A stretch of 63,982 nucleotides of DNA, the filler included, from Reticulomyxa filosa (taxonomy: Eukaryota; Protista; Foraminifera), in NCBI GenBank assembly GCA_000512085.1. It is 5 parts of 5 records of this genome, joined end to end, with 100 filler letters (N's around TTAATTAATTAA, not from the genome) between each part and the next. Parts side by side here need not be neighbours in the genome. Positions count along the whole stretch, not along the records: positions 1 to 26,905 come from ASPP01006237.1; 4 more parts are not named here. One strand, written 5' to 3'. Shown here piece after piece: positions 1 through 12,900 of the stretch. The translations under genes and the position numbers were made by a program. The notes beneath the pieces are model-generated. The model saw only the letters and a program-made list of their open reading frames with translations. It was not told where the DNA came from and did no database searches. Position 1 is the stretch's first letter, and each line of letters starts with the position of its first letter.

Positions 1-1384
1 TTTTTTTAAAAAAAAGTATCTACGTGACTTGGAGATTTCTAAAATGTAAAAAAAAAATTTGAAAATTTATTAATTTTAATAAAAGTTCAAATGATACGCA
101 TTATCGCAGAATTTTCAAAAATCATTTGAAATAATGTTGATTTCATCCAACAAAAAATAAAAAATAAAAAAAATTTAAATAATTTCAATGATAAAACTAC
201 ATTTTAAAAAGTTTAATTATAAAACTTTAATTTTTTCAAAAACTACGAAATATAAAATGCTAATTCTATTTTTAAAAGTATATACTTGACTTGAAGACTC
301 TTAAAAAAGAAAAAAAAAAGATTAAAAAACTTGTTTTGGCAATACATGTTTGATTTATATTTATTCATGTGAAATTTTGAAAAACATCCAAAAAAACTAT
401 GTTTTTATCAACTTAGAAAAAAGTTATTATAAAACAAATTATATTTAAAAACTTCAAGATTTATATATATTTTTAAAAAAATTTAAATGTTTATTTTTCA
501 TTTAGAAAATCGATCTCTTTATAGATTTGCTATTTATATTTGTAGTTTTTTGCAATTTACTGCAACAATTAATATAATATTCAATAAATAGTGAATAACT
601 ATTGTCTATTGTTTACCGTCCACCACACTCGTTGTAATTTTGTGTGTATACGTACAAGGATAAAAATCAAGAGAATGAAAACACAAGCACGAAACTCCAA
701 CACCCGTTGCAACGACAATTGCTTGGACGACCGGATTTATGCAAGGACTTGTTGACTACATCAGCGGTACGAGCGGACCTCCTGGGATGATCCATCATCA
801 TGACAACAGCAGCGGTGGAAGTGTTTACATGTGATGATCAATGCTCGAGTTTGTGTGATGATATGGATGCTGCACCTAACTTTGAGTCCTTTAGGTCACT
901 CGTGATCTGTGCTATCGCTATTTGCTTCTATCACCTTTTGCAATACTTTGTCGTTCGTCTGTAGGACAAACGTAAAACTGAATCTCTGCTGCCTTAAACA
1001 GTTAGCACCTCCGTAAAATTTGTCTAACTTTTCTTTAGGAACTTGAGCTAGCTTGATTGAGAAGCTCTGGCATGCTTCCTCGTCACTCCATTACCGCAAG
1101 CTTTATATTAGATTCAAAAAAATAATAACTTTATCTTCATATTTGTGCATAGCATTTCTACAACGCAAAGATTTTATGAAAACTTCAACTGTTTTCACTT
1201 CAGTAGTAAAGTGAACTTTAAGCTAAACAAAACTCTACCCCCGGTTTTCTTCAAAACTGTTGTATCTTTATACGCAACCACCTTTGAGTTGCCAAAGTTA
1301 TCTGTAGCCTTTTATTGTGATTCATTGGCATTCTTTTTCCAAAAGGGTTCTATTTAGCTTTACCATTGCGTTGAGAGAAAAAGA

Positions 1385-2457
1385 ATGGATGAACATCACC
1401 ATCACCATCATCACCATCACCAACATCGCCGAGTAAGACTTGGAGAGAGCAAGAAAAAACGCAAAACAAGGTGGAAAAAAAAACAACAATAACACAAAAC
1501 ATGTCAAAGGTAAACCTCGGAGAATGCAAAACCCAAGAAGAAATCCTGGACGTAATTGAGCAGTCTCGAAAAATTACGAGATTGATTATTAGCGCCGTCC
1601 AAAAAGGGTCCAAGTTTGAGGTGAGCCAAATATTAGAACATTATGGATTACCCATGACATCACGATTGCATTTCAAAGTTGTTGGTATTGTTATGGAACA
1701 ATGGGTTAGTTGATTTTCTTTTTCCCCTCCCCTTCTCCTCATTAATTTTTACGGTCTTTTCCACTACAAATCCGGATCAAGAAAAGGGGACAAAAAAAAA
1801 AAGGGGGGGAGAAAAAATTTAAAAACTCCGTCGATGGACTTTTTTTTGCGAGTATACGTACGTGAAAAAAAAAATAGAGATCAAAGAAAAAGTATAACTT
1901 AAAAAAAAACTCCTTTTTTGTCCCCCCTTTGCTCCTCCCCTTTGACAAAAAATTGAGTTTGGAAATGGAAAATTGCGACATGGAACAAAAAAATGAATAT
2001 AGTTCAGCTTGACGGGAATTGAAGACGAAGAACAAATATTTAATATACTGAAGAAAAATAAGTTTGCAATGGAAAAACTCAAGGCATCAGCATCTCGAGG
2101 CACAATTGTTATTTCAGATTTGTTGAGTGAGTGGGAGTTACCAATTGGGGCATTACAATCGAAAGTCATTCGAAAAATTCAAGACTATTTTAAAGAAGAA
2201 GTGAAAAAAAAATATGTTTTTCATTGCCAAAAAAAAAATAACAACGACAAAACCTAAACGTCTCTGCATTCAAACCAAACGAAACAATAAAATTGCATGT
2301 AAAAAATTTTTAAAAAAATTGATTATGTGTATGTGTAATTCTTTTGTAAACGTTTTGAAAGATCAGCAAAAACGAAAGCACAAAAACTGAAAATACCAGC
2401 ACCGCGACAGCCGATGCACGTGACAATAACGAGAAAGACGCACACAATGCACAGTAA
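1385..2457 (+). CDS. Small multi-exon hypothetical protein with N-terminal poly-His tract and two ~60-aa helical repeats
   Basis: ATG 1385 gives MDEHHHHHHHHHQHRR. GT..AG introns join it to the ORF-track segments 1471-1713 and 2009-2257 and to a last exon ending TAA at 2457. Exon joining done by eye. Confidence 0.55.
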
Positions 2458-3344
2458 TATTACAGGGGCTGATGAAATAAAAATCAGATAATTACCAATG
2501 CAAATAGTGATGATAATGAAAAAAAAAACAAAAATTGAGGGTTGACAGTCCTGACAAAACAAATTTCTCATTTTCAAGTTTGTGTTCATTGGTTATACCT
2601 CTTTTTATGGAACCAAATGGTCCATTCTTTGAGGTTGTATTTGTGGAAAATGAAAATGCGATATTGTGTGTGAGTTTTTGATCTTTTTTTATTTTATTTT
2701 TGTTTTTATTTTCATGAGTTGTGGTTGACATCTTCTGCTTTCATTGGATTTTTCCTAATGTGTCTCATTCGCTCTCTTTTCCCAACGTGGGATAGCAGAC
2801 GCCAACATTTCTCAGGTAAAAAAAAATTTTGGAAGTATTTGCCTAATATATATCACTGCACTCAGGGCGTATTCACTTTTTGGAGTGAACCTAATACATT
2901 TTAATGTAATCACTGTCCTACAGGTTTACAAAAAACAATTTGAAGATTTTCAAAGAAATAAAATATACAATCACAGATATTTAGGATGAATTTGATTTAA
3001 ATTTGTATGAAAAACTTGGAATTATTTGTAAATACATAATCTAAAAAAAGTCCAAATTAAGGCATTTTAAAACCACTTTAGTTTTGGGAAGATCTCCTAA
3101 AGTAATATTTTAAGTCTTTAAAAACATTGAACTTAGTTTTCAAATATGACAAGAATTATTGGTTTCGAAAAATTTTTTAAGTAAACTCAAACGGGGATAG
3201 ATGTCGGAACTAGGAAGTGTAAGAGAGTAACGACAAAGTTGAAATTGAGGCATATTAATTTAAATTAATAATCATTCCACGTTTTTGTGCATTTTCTTCA
3301 ACTCAGAATTTTGTTCTCGCTTTAAAAGGAGGAACTAGGAAAAC

Positions 3345-6300
3345 ATGAGAGGAGAAAAGAAACCATTAGCCAATAAATATTCTCAAAGCTATACAGACTT
3401 GAATAGTCTAGTAAGTGCAGAGGAGGAACAACCTAGGTCGTCTGCCCCAATACCCACTTCAGCCATGTCTCTAAAGTTAATTTCACTGAGCGAACAAACT
3501 CAAAAAAAAAGAGCATTAATTTGCGGTTAACGAAAAACGGAATAAAAAAACAAAAACAAACCCTAAAACTCCAATCAAAGGAACAGAAAACTGAAAAACC
3601 TCAATATTCCTCATGGAGCACATCAAGAGACAAGTTGCGACGCTTCCTCCACATTTGAAAAATGCCCTTCTTCAGGCCGTTCAGCATGGAGCGAGCCAAT
3701 AATAAAAAAGAGACCAACAGAGCCTGTTGCAAATGACAAAACGGAGTCTCTCGCTCGTGACACTATACGTTTGCAAAACATTGCGCCGTTATTCGATAGT
3801 GCTCAAAATGAAACCAGCCCTGAACTTTTGAAATCAGCACTATCAACTGTTGTCCAAAGTTTGGCACAAGTTGAGAAAGAGGAGGCAGAAAAACATTTGC
3901 ACATCGCGTATTCTACGTTACCAAACCAAAAAAAAAAAATTATTAAAATAAAAAATAAAAAAAGGAAATTGCACAACTCAATCCAAGTAGTCTTGATATA
4001 AATGAAATAATGGACAAAGCAAACCAAGAGATAGTAGTCAATGAATTGTTGACTACGTCACTGTTAATGGGAGCATCGACCCAACAAGTGCTAAGAGATG
4101 CACCCATGGAACAGGCACTGACAAGGATGAAAACAATGTTGTACAAATACTATCAACAAACGTACCCGCAATTGCAAATGCCACTATTGGCAAGCGACAT
4201 CACTCCGATGCCACACGTTTCGGGATGCAACTCAACGAAAATTAAACACAGTAATACAAGTATTCAAAACACGATCGATCCGATGAAACTAATCGAGTCC
4301 CAATGGGAGCTCATTCACAATTTATCAAAAGGATTGCCGGCGTTTCAACACAACGTAAATGTTCGTCTAATTGTTGCCAGTGTCGCAAAAAAAAAAAAAA
4401 AAAAAACAAGGCAAAGCTACGTAGCTGTTCTAATTTTTTTTTACGGGGGAAACACTATAGGAAAATGAACAAGGCTTAGCACAAGGACAACACACACGGT
4501 TATTGGAACAAACAACCCGATTGGAAGAAGCCATTGGAAAGTTGTCTCAAAAATTTGATAACCAGGAGCGTACGACTCCTAAATCGGGAAGCTTGTTTGT
4601 GCCCACACAACGTCAGTGCAATAGCACTATTCCCGCTACTGACAAAAATGCACAGTGCCAACTATTTGCGTTTAGTTTGTTTGTTTTTTTTTGGTAAATA
4701 CTTTCTTTTTCTTCTTAAGATATTGTCGGTGCAAACAAAATGTATGTACATAATATTTTAAAAAATTGATGGGGGAAATGGGAACACATGCTTCCGGGAA
4801 GATTGCAAGAACAAGCAAAAGAGCTGGAAAAAGTAACCTCGAGAATAGAAAACGCTTTGGAAAAAATTGAAGACCCACTTTTTTTCAAAGCAGAATTTGT
4901 CATTTAACAAATGAAGCGCACAGTTTTTTTCACAAAAACATCTTTCTATCTGTCTTAGCAAATATTTGCAATCAACACAAAAAATTTTGTAATATATTTT
5001 AGGCCTGCAAAAAAAAATGACCGAGATGGAAGAGTCATTGGAAAAACACACTGAGGAATTAGGAAAACGTGTACAAAATTCAATAATCAAATTTCGTGAT
5101 ATTGAAAATACTGGTGATTTGATCAATGCTGGCGTTTCTCCAAATCTTTTTATTGCCAATTTTCAACCCGTTGTTTTATTTACCTTTTTTTTTTTGTTAA
5201 AAAAAAGTTCCAATTCTATAGGGTGCCCTTTTCAAACAAACAGGAAGAGAAAGAAGCCGTGGCAACAACCCAAGAGGCAAAAAAAGGGGAATGGATTGGA
5301 TTTAATTACGAACAAAAACGAACTGAAATTAAAGGGTTGATTGAACAACTATTAGATTGTGCTAATGAAGTAGATGAAAGTAACAAAGATCTACAAGTCC
5401 CGTTTTTTGCTCAAACCAAACCCAATTGCAAATCATTCCACCTTATTTGAGGGTGAAAAAGATCATGAAAGCGATACAGCTCCCAGTTTTGCTTTTTTTT
5501 TTTTTTTTTTGTAACGGGGGCAGCTGCTTGTTTAGATATTTTGGTATGAACTTGCTGTTGAATTGAACAGCTCACATCAGGGCCCAAATTGAAAAAGTCA
5601 AGTTATGGATTGAAGGAGGGACATCTGTTCCAACAAGTACTCCACTTGTGGTATGATCCACCTATTTTTTGCCCTTGACCTTTTACAAAAAAAATATGCA
5701 CATGACGTGTGCAATACAGAAAATGTCAACAGGTGACACACAAAGTGAAAAGACGGCACATGGAGGGATGATACAAGCGACATCAGATAACATACCAAGA
5801 AAATCGCAGACTTCTGGGCAGCCACTATCTGGAATACAAATGAAACCAAACACGGAAAGTATCGTAGGGTAAGAGCGCGTTTTTTTTTTTCCAAAAGGGG
5901 TCTAGGTTGTTTGTAGTGAATCACTCTCCACAAGAAGTCGCCAGTCATACAACAAAAAATATGTACATATTGCCACGATTTGCAAAAGGTTGGAAAGAGA
6001 AGAAGAAAAATATCAAAAGCAAGACATAGTAAATAATGAGATTTCTTTTCCACGAATTATTCATACACGCCCACCAGAGCTGCAATTTCTGAAAACTGCT
6101 GCTCCAAAGAGAGTACGCATTGCAAAAAAAAAGTGCAAGACGATACGAAAGGCAAAGGCTTGTTCACAAATGGAAACAATTGAAGAAGAACATGTGAAAA
6201 ATTTTTTATTTTAATATATTCATTTATTTTTGTTTGAAAATTATATATCATTCCAAAAAAAAAAAGTTGTGCAAAAAGAAATCTCAAGAACAAAAAATTC

Positions 6301-7479
6301 CATTGCCAAAACCAATCCTTCAAGAGCTGCTATATCATGAAGAAACATCAGCACCACAAGAAATTAAAAAGAATTTACCGATCAATAAAACGGAAAAAGA
6401 AGATAAAATGGTTAACACATCAGAAACACTGGATAATAAGTTATCACAGCAAACGCCGGCGCAAGACAGAGCAACAAACACTTTACCCAAGAAAACTACC
6501 GGTAACAATAAAGCCATAAGTGATTTTTGTGAAAAGATTTTGGATCAAATGTTTTCTGAGGAAGTGATGGCAAGCATTGGCTCTGGTGTTGTGCCAAAGA
6601 GTGGTATAGTTACAAACGGTATTGACAACATTTCACACAAACACCCGATAAACCATGACGATCTCACAAATGAAAAAAAGTCTGATCCGTTCATGTTGAT
6701 GATTGAGTGTCTATCCAACGTTCATATCCCACCTGATCGCGCCCTCAAAAAAGTGTCAGGCCCCCACGAATTTGTAAAAAAATCCGTCGTTCAGCACGGA
6801 ACAGAAAGCAGTAAAAAAATTCTTTTATCTTGCTTTATTATGTTTTTATTTCTTTTTTTGTTATTAAATTTGAATGGTTGATTTTGCTATGATAGAAAGA
6901 AATAAAAACCATGCAAAGTTGTTTAAGAAAAAAAATCCAACGGTTCATGAATCGAGCCACTTGTATCAATTTACAGAAACCCAAAAAGCACTTATCCGCA
7001 AGTATGGTAACAACACGAGCCACTGGAACGCAGTTCCTACTGTTGATGCAGATGAAAGTTCCATTTCATCTTTGGATACAGTAAGTACACAGAACAATTC
7101 AATGCTCTCGTCGTTGGTAACAACAGAATCGGCTGATGTCCAAAAACATTTTATTGGGTAAACTTGCTGTTTTTTGACAAATGAGATCTCTAAAATAAAA
7201 AATGCTTTGTTTTTTCATTGCAGAGATGAGCACTTCGGTGATGAAAGTTTTGGAACTGAAGATATTTTTGCCATGATTGGATCAATCCCAAACAGTATTG
7301 ACAATAGTGCTGCTGAAACGGCTATAAACGAAAGCAATGAAAACCTTCTTGGTGTAGAATTAGATGAAAAAAATCAAATACAACAAAAAAATGAAACAAA
7401 CAAAAAGACACAGTCTGATGAAATACAAAGTATCAATAACAAAATTGAGAAACCACTTCCGTTGGAGACTATAAATTGA
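3345..7479 (+). CDS. Large multi-exon hypothetical protein (coiled-coil / low-complexity); may be more than one gene
   Basis: Chain of same-strand ORFs (3345, 3771, 4010, 4503, 5017, 5223, 5669, 5990, 6234, 6874, 7174) with E/K/Q/S/T-rich composition, separated by short AT-rich intron-like spacers. No recognisable domain. Confidence 0.45.
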
Positions 7480-8394
7480 AGTGCCTTTTCAATTTTTTTG
7501 TTTATTTAGTTTATTTATTATCTTGTAGCTACTAATTTACCATATTTTTATTTTTACATAGTTTTAATTTGTCATTCTTAATTTCAATTCCAAATTATAT
7601 CTATTTTCTCACTAAAGAAATAGCATTTTTTGTTTTAAAAAAGTATTTACAAATCAAGTAGTTTTTAAATATTTTTTGATTTTTTCCGATTGTTTCAAAA
7701 TTTTGCTTTTTGTAAAAGCATTTTAGAAAGTACTTATGATTAGTTTTTTAAAATTTTGATTAAATGCTGTTTCATCACTGAGAAAATTAAGAAGCCGTTT
7801 TATGTGTCAACTTTTTTACATTCTATATCTCTTTTGTCAAAGGTATTGACAAAAAAAAACAAATATCAAAGCTAACAAATAAATAATCTTTTTTTCTTAT
7901 TAACATCGATAATCTGTACATATTTATTCCGTTCAGTGAGACGTACTAGTCGTTGTAGACGATATAAGTACTCGTTTGAAATGGTACCCGATTAGAATAG
8001 CATTCAGGTGCTAGTATTAAGTTGAATAGTACAGTAACTCCAAAGCTAGATATATGAAAAGTATATTGATCAATTAGCTTTTTTGTACTTTTGTATCTCC
8101 TTAAAAACTGTTTGTGTTGATGTCTGCTCTTCAACGCTTGTCACACAAGTTTAAGTCTAACTGCATCGCTTATCTGTGCATAGTTGTTTTTTTTGAATCA
8201 AGTTTTTGTACAGTTAAATTAAGTATTACAAACAACTTGCTTATTGTTCTGAATGCACTGCATTAGATCCAATTAAAGTCATAAAGATATATCATTGTCT
8301 ACGCTCCTTGGGCCTGGCAACTACACACAAGCACGGACTTCAGATTTTAAAGAACCTGAGTTTTTTAAATAGAATTTGAAAAAAGACCTGTCTA

Positions 8395-9602
8395 ATGATG
8401 ATTCAACGCGTAGGTCTTCGTTCTCTTCAATTATTGTCACCAGTCAAAAAACCCTTTGCAAAGGATGCTTCTGTGTATCATGCAACACCTTCTCTGGTGC
8501 GACTCTTCTCTCAAAACAAGCCTACCGACCTTCCGTCCACCATCCAACCATCAGATGCCTTAGCCCGAGCTTGTTATGAAAACTCCAAATGATTTCGCTG
8601 CAATGCCAAGTTGCCAAATGATTAATTCTGGTTGTTTGTTTTTGAACAATAGACACAGGATCTGTGGATTCTTTAGACAAGTTCATGCAAAAATCCTACC
8701 CACCAGGACCACGAAACGCAGGAGGTAAGCAATAAAAGGGGCCCCAAAAAAAGTTGTGACAAAAGTTGAACACACAAAAATCCTCAATCTCACTAAAAGA
8801 AATTTTCAAATCAATCAAAAAAATAAATAAATAAATAAATAAAAGAAATAATAATAACAATAACAATAATAATTAATAGAATACGTTGTGATGAGTGCAG
8901 ACACAGTGGTGCAATACATAAAAAAAAAATCAATTGTGGGTACTGACTTTTGGATTAGCATGTTGTGCCGTTGAGATGATGCAAGCAGCAGCCGGGTAAT
9001 ATATTTGTTTGTTGGATAGACCAATTTGATGAATTGTTTCACATCAAAAAACAATTCTGTGACTTACACTGAATACATAACAATAACAGACGGTACGATT
9101 TCCACCGATTTAACATGATATTCCGAGCATCTCCTCGTCAAGCACGTGTGATGATTGTGGCCGGCACATTGTGTAACAAAGTTTTGTTGTTCTAAAAATG
9201 TAACTTAAATGTGGCACCCCCCTTTTATTAAAAAAAAAAGATGGCACCCGCATTGCGATCTTGCTATGACATGATGCCCGTTCCGAAATATGTGGTGTCA
9301 ATGGGAAGTTGTGCAAACGGAGGAGGATATTACCATGTTTCGTATTGTATTTTTATTTTTATCTTTATTTTTAGTTGTTGTATTAACGATTTGTAACCTC
9401 ATTTTTTTTAAAAATATATTTCACTTGGCTTTTTATCGAATAGTATTCCTATTCAGTTGTTCGTGGATGTGATCGAATTGTCCCAGTCGATATCTATGTA
9501 CCTGGATGTCCTCCTTGTGGAGAAGCTCTATTATACGGAATGATTCAATTACAAAAAAAAGTCAACCGTGAAACATACTTTTTGAACTGGTGGAGAAAGT
9601 GA
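8395..9602 (+). CDS. NDUFS7: NADH:ubiquinone oxidoreductase PSST / Fe-S protein 7 (mitochondrial complex I), 6 exons
   Basis: Spliced translation gives [71 protein letters not shown] and a basic N-terminal targeting-like peptide. One frameshift in the A-run at ~8920-8929. Confidence 0.95.
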
Positions 9603-9982
9603 GAAGTTCACAAGAGGGGGCGCAAAAGTTTGTTTTGGACATTGCAAAAATAAATACACACCTCTCCTGGCTTTATCCAAAAAAACTTTCTGTGTAGTCA
9701 AGCCTTCACAATAAAAAAAGCTGAAATAAATTCCACAAACTCCATTTTCTATCGACAATTCTGAAAATCTACATATTTCATATTAAAACCATTCTTTTGA
9801 ATATCATTTACTCAAAAAATATACATTTTAACCTGCTTTCCAAGCAAGAGAATACCTTTTGACTTTTTCACGACCTTTTTTATGATTAGCCAAACATTGT
9901 CTGACTAGCAAAGGCAAGGTTAGGGTCAACTTTTAGTTTTTTAAATAAAATTTATCGGTGTAACCTTTTCCGCTCATTCAAA

Positions 9983-12900
9983 ATGCAATCGCTTGTGATT
10001 CTTTTCAGCTTAATTTGTTGGAGAATAGCACAAAGCTTTCCCTTTTCCAATGGTCCAGGCAGTCAAGGCAGTTTTTTTTCACGCTTGAAAGGCTATCAAG
10101 AGATACAGTTGACCCACCGGCAGTTGACAGGAGTTGATAATTTTGATACTCCGTTGTATCCACATGTGGCAATTTTGGAATTTGAAGCATATGGACAGGT
10201 TTGCTATCTATTTTCTGTTTTGGTCACAGATGCATTTTAAAAAAATTTGTTACTTTCCCACATGATACAGTACTATCATATTCAATTACGTAAAAATGTG
10301 GAACTAATTCCAGAACGAGGCTTGACAATCCATAACCACGCACTTAACGAAAAAAATGAGCCTGTTATTCACATATCGAATTTTACGCGAGCACAACTGT
10401 GTCATTACAACGGAGAGTTAAATTCAACATTTTTTTTTTTTAGGAGAGGGGGGGGGAAAAAAAGAACCACAAAATAAAGGTAATCATACTCGGTATACGT
10501 TGTTTGCATTAAAGGGTGTTGAGTGATGACACGGGAGAGCCGACGATTGTGGTTTTATCAGCGTGTCGTGGTGACGGTATCCAAGGCTGGATACATGCAT
10601 TTGGAGAAAATTTACACATTAAACCTGCTCGTTTATTGCAAGACCCCAATTACACAGGAAAACATTTAATCAGTGATAAACACATTGTTACGTCGTCAAA
10701 AAAAAAAAAAAAAATTTAGTATATTTTTATGTATGTATATCGAAAACAGTGGCTACGTTTCTTGGCGTCCAACAAAAAAAAATGCAAATACACAATGGCG
10801 AAATGTCCACAATCAACATCAACTTACAAAATGATATGCTGTAACATATGCCACAGGTGTACCGCGAGTCAGATATCAACAGTATCGACAAACCACCCAC
10901 TAGCCACACATGCGGCCATGATCATCCACAACATGAGGAGTGGATCGCCAATGACAGGGCCCATGGTTTGACTTACATGTTGGAAGACAAGAAAAGTGAA
11001 GCGACGACTGTCATTCGTAACGTAACCTACACAAAAGTTCACAATCACGACCATCACGCCGCTTCATCTTTGCAAACAGAACGTAGAAGATTGAGTTCGA
11101 GTAACAACAGATACGTCGAATTGTTGGTAGTCAATGACGTCGTTATGCATTTTATTCTATTCTGTCTACTTTATATGATATTATTGTTATCTTTTTTTTT
11201 TTTTTTTTTAATTGACATTATTATTTCTGTTTTCATTTTGATTCATCACAGGCTCGTTGGAATCAATATTCAAGCAAATATGGATCGGACGCATCAAACA
11301 AAGTGGTTAATTCGGATATATCAATTGTAAACCAGATATCAACTTTATACCTTAAAAATGGTATTTATATCTTTTTTTGATTTGGTCCAACATTCTTTTT
11401 TTTAGTATCGTACCCCCCCCCCCTCTCCTCTCCTAGGATTTTTATACACTCCCTAACCGCCAAAAAAAAACAATGTTTCTGACATTGTGGAACAGACTTC
11501 GGATCAAACATTGGTAACATTCACGTGGTTTTGTCGCATGTGGTAACTTGGCAGGATTGGAGTGTCGCAGGGACGCAATACACGCCTACGGCTTACCTAA
11601 AATCAGATAATTCGCAGAAATGTGATAGCCCATCGCAATACCGTGCAAACCCCGACTCAAGTTATTGCGAAACGTCATATGACGATTACTTGTCAAAATT
11701 TCATGCGTGGCGACAAACTGATAAAGCGCCGAGCCACGACAATGCACAATTGTATAGTTACTTTGATTTCTTAGGATCAGTGATTGGTTACGCAACACTT
11801 CCGGGCATGTGCATCCAACAAAGCAGTGGTGGTATAGTCCAGGCGACATACGATGACGCCTTCAACGGCAACATTGCAACACACGAAATGGGTCACAATT
11901 GGAAGATGTCACACGACGTATCAAGCATTAACGACTGTGACCCAACGGCATACATTATGTCCGCAGTAGGTGACCCGAATGGAGCAAGGCCAACGCAATT
12001 CAGTTCGTGCAGTATTTCCAGCGTTCAAGATTTCTTTTCGAGCTACACAAGCACATTGTCTTGTGTAAACAACCTGCCATACGCGACTAAGTACGCAGTG
12101 TGTGGCAACGGCTTTGTGGAACAGGGCGAGAGCTGCGACTGCGGGTCCAGTGATTGCAGTACCACGGATCCTTGCTGCGACGGTGAGTTATGTCAACTGT
12201 ATGTCGATGCGGATTGCAGTGCCAGCGATGTTTGCTGCAACAACTGCCACTTCAAATCGAAAGGCACTGTGTGCAGACAGCTAGATTCATCCAACAGCTG
12301 TGACATTAAGGCCGAGACTTGCGATGGAGAGTCGGCGTCATGTCCGGCAGACACATTTAAGATTGAGGGCCAATCCTGCGCCAATGGAACAGGATATTGC
12401 TACAATGGAGGCTGTGTGTCGATTGAAAACCAATGCGAGGTCAAAGGTGACCTGTACGGCAACGGCAACAACTATGTGGCTTGCACTAGCTACGGAAGCA
12501 CCACGTATGATTGGAAAACGTCCAGTTGCAGCTATTTGAAATGCGTTTCCGGCTCCGGTGGACAATGCTCTGTTCTCTCGTCCAGTGTGTACTATGACAA
12601 GGGCACACCCTGCATCATCAACTCGTCGAGCCAAGATTTGCCTTCGCAATGTGTCAATAACAAATGCTCTCCTTCGGCTTCGATCTTAACATACAAATGG
12701 ACTGCTGGCAAATGGGATGAATGCAGTCAAGCGTGTCGTCAGGACGACTCGTCTCCATTGGGAACGCAAAATCGTACTGTTTCCTGCACTTTGCAAGACG
12801 GCACGGTTGTTAATTCCAGTCTGTGTGACTCCAGCGCAAAGCCTGTCACAGGACAGTATTGCAATGACTATATATGCGGTATGTTTTAATAATTAATGAT

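Noticed and set aside
1-320. Weak direct repeat (AAAAGTAT..TGACTTG.AGA at ~12-45 and ~273-305)
   Set aside because: Short, degenerate and in very AT-rich DNA; significance cannot be established by eye.
8915-8935. Frameshifts in otherwise intact genes (NDUFS7 ~8925, ADAM ~14950, NLR ~23935, 7TM ~30211, CDGSH ~52603, RRM ~54180) as programmed frameshifting or RNA editing
   Set aside because: Nearly all are single-base differences at homopolymer runs with no shared slippery or stop motif. Homopolymer sequencing error is the simpler explanation; raw reads or cDNA would settle it.
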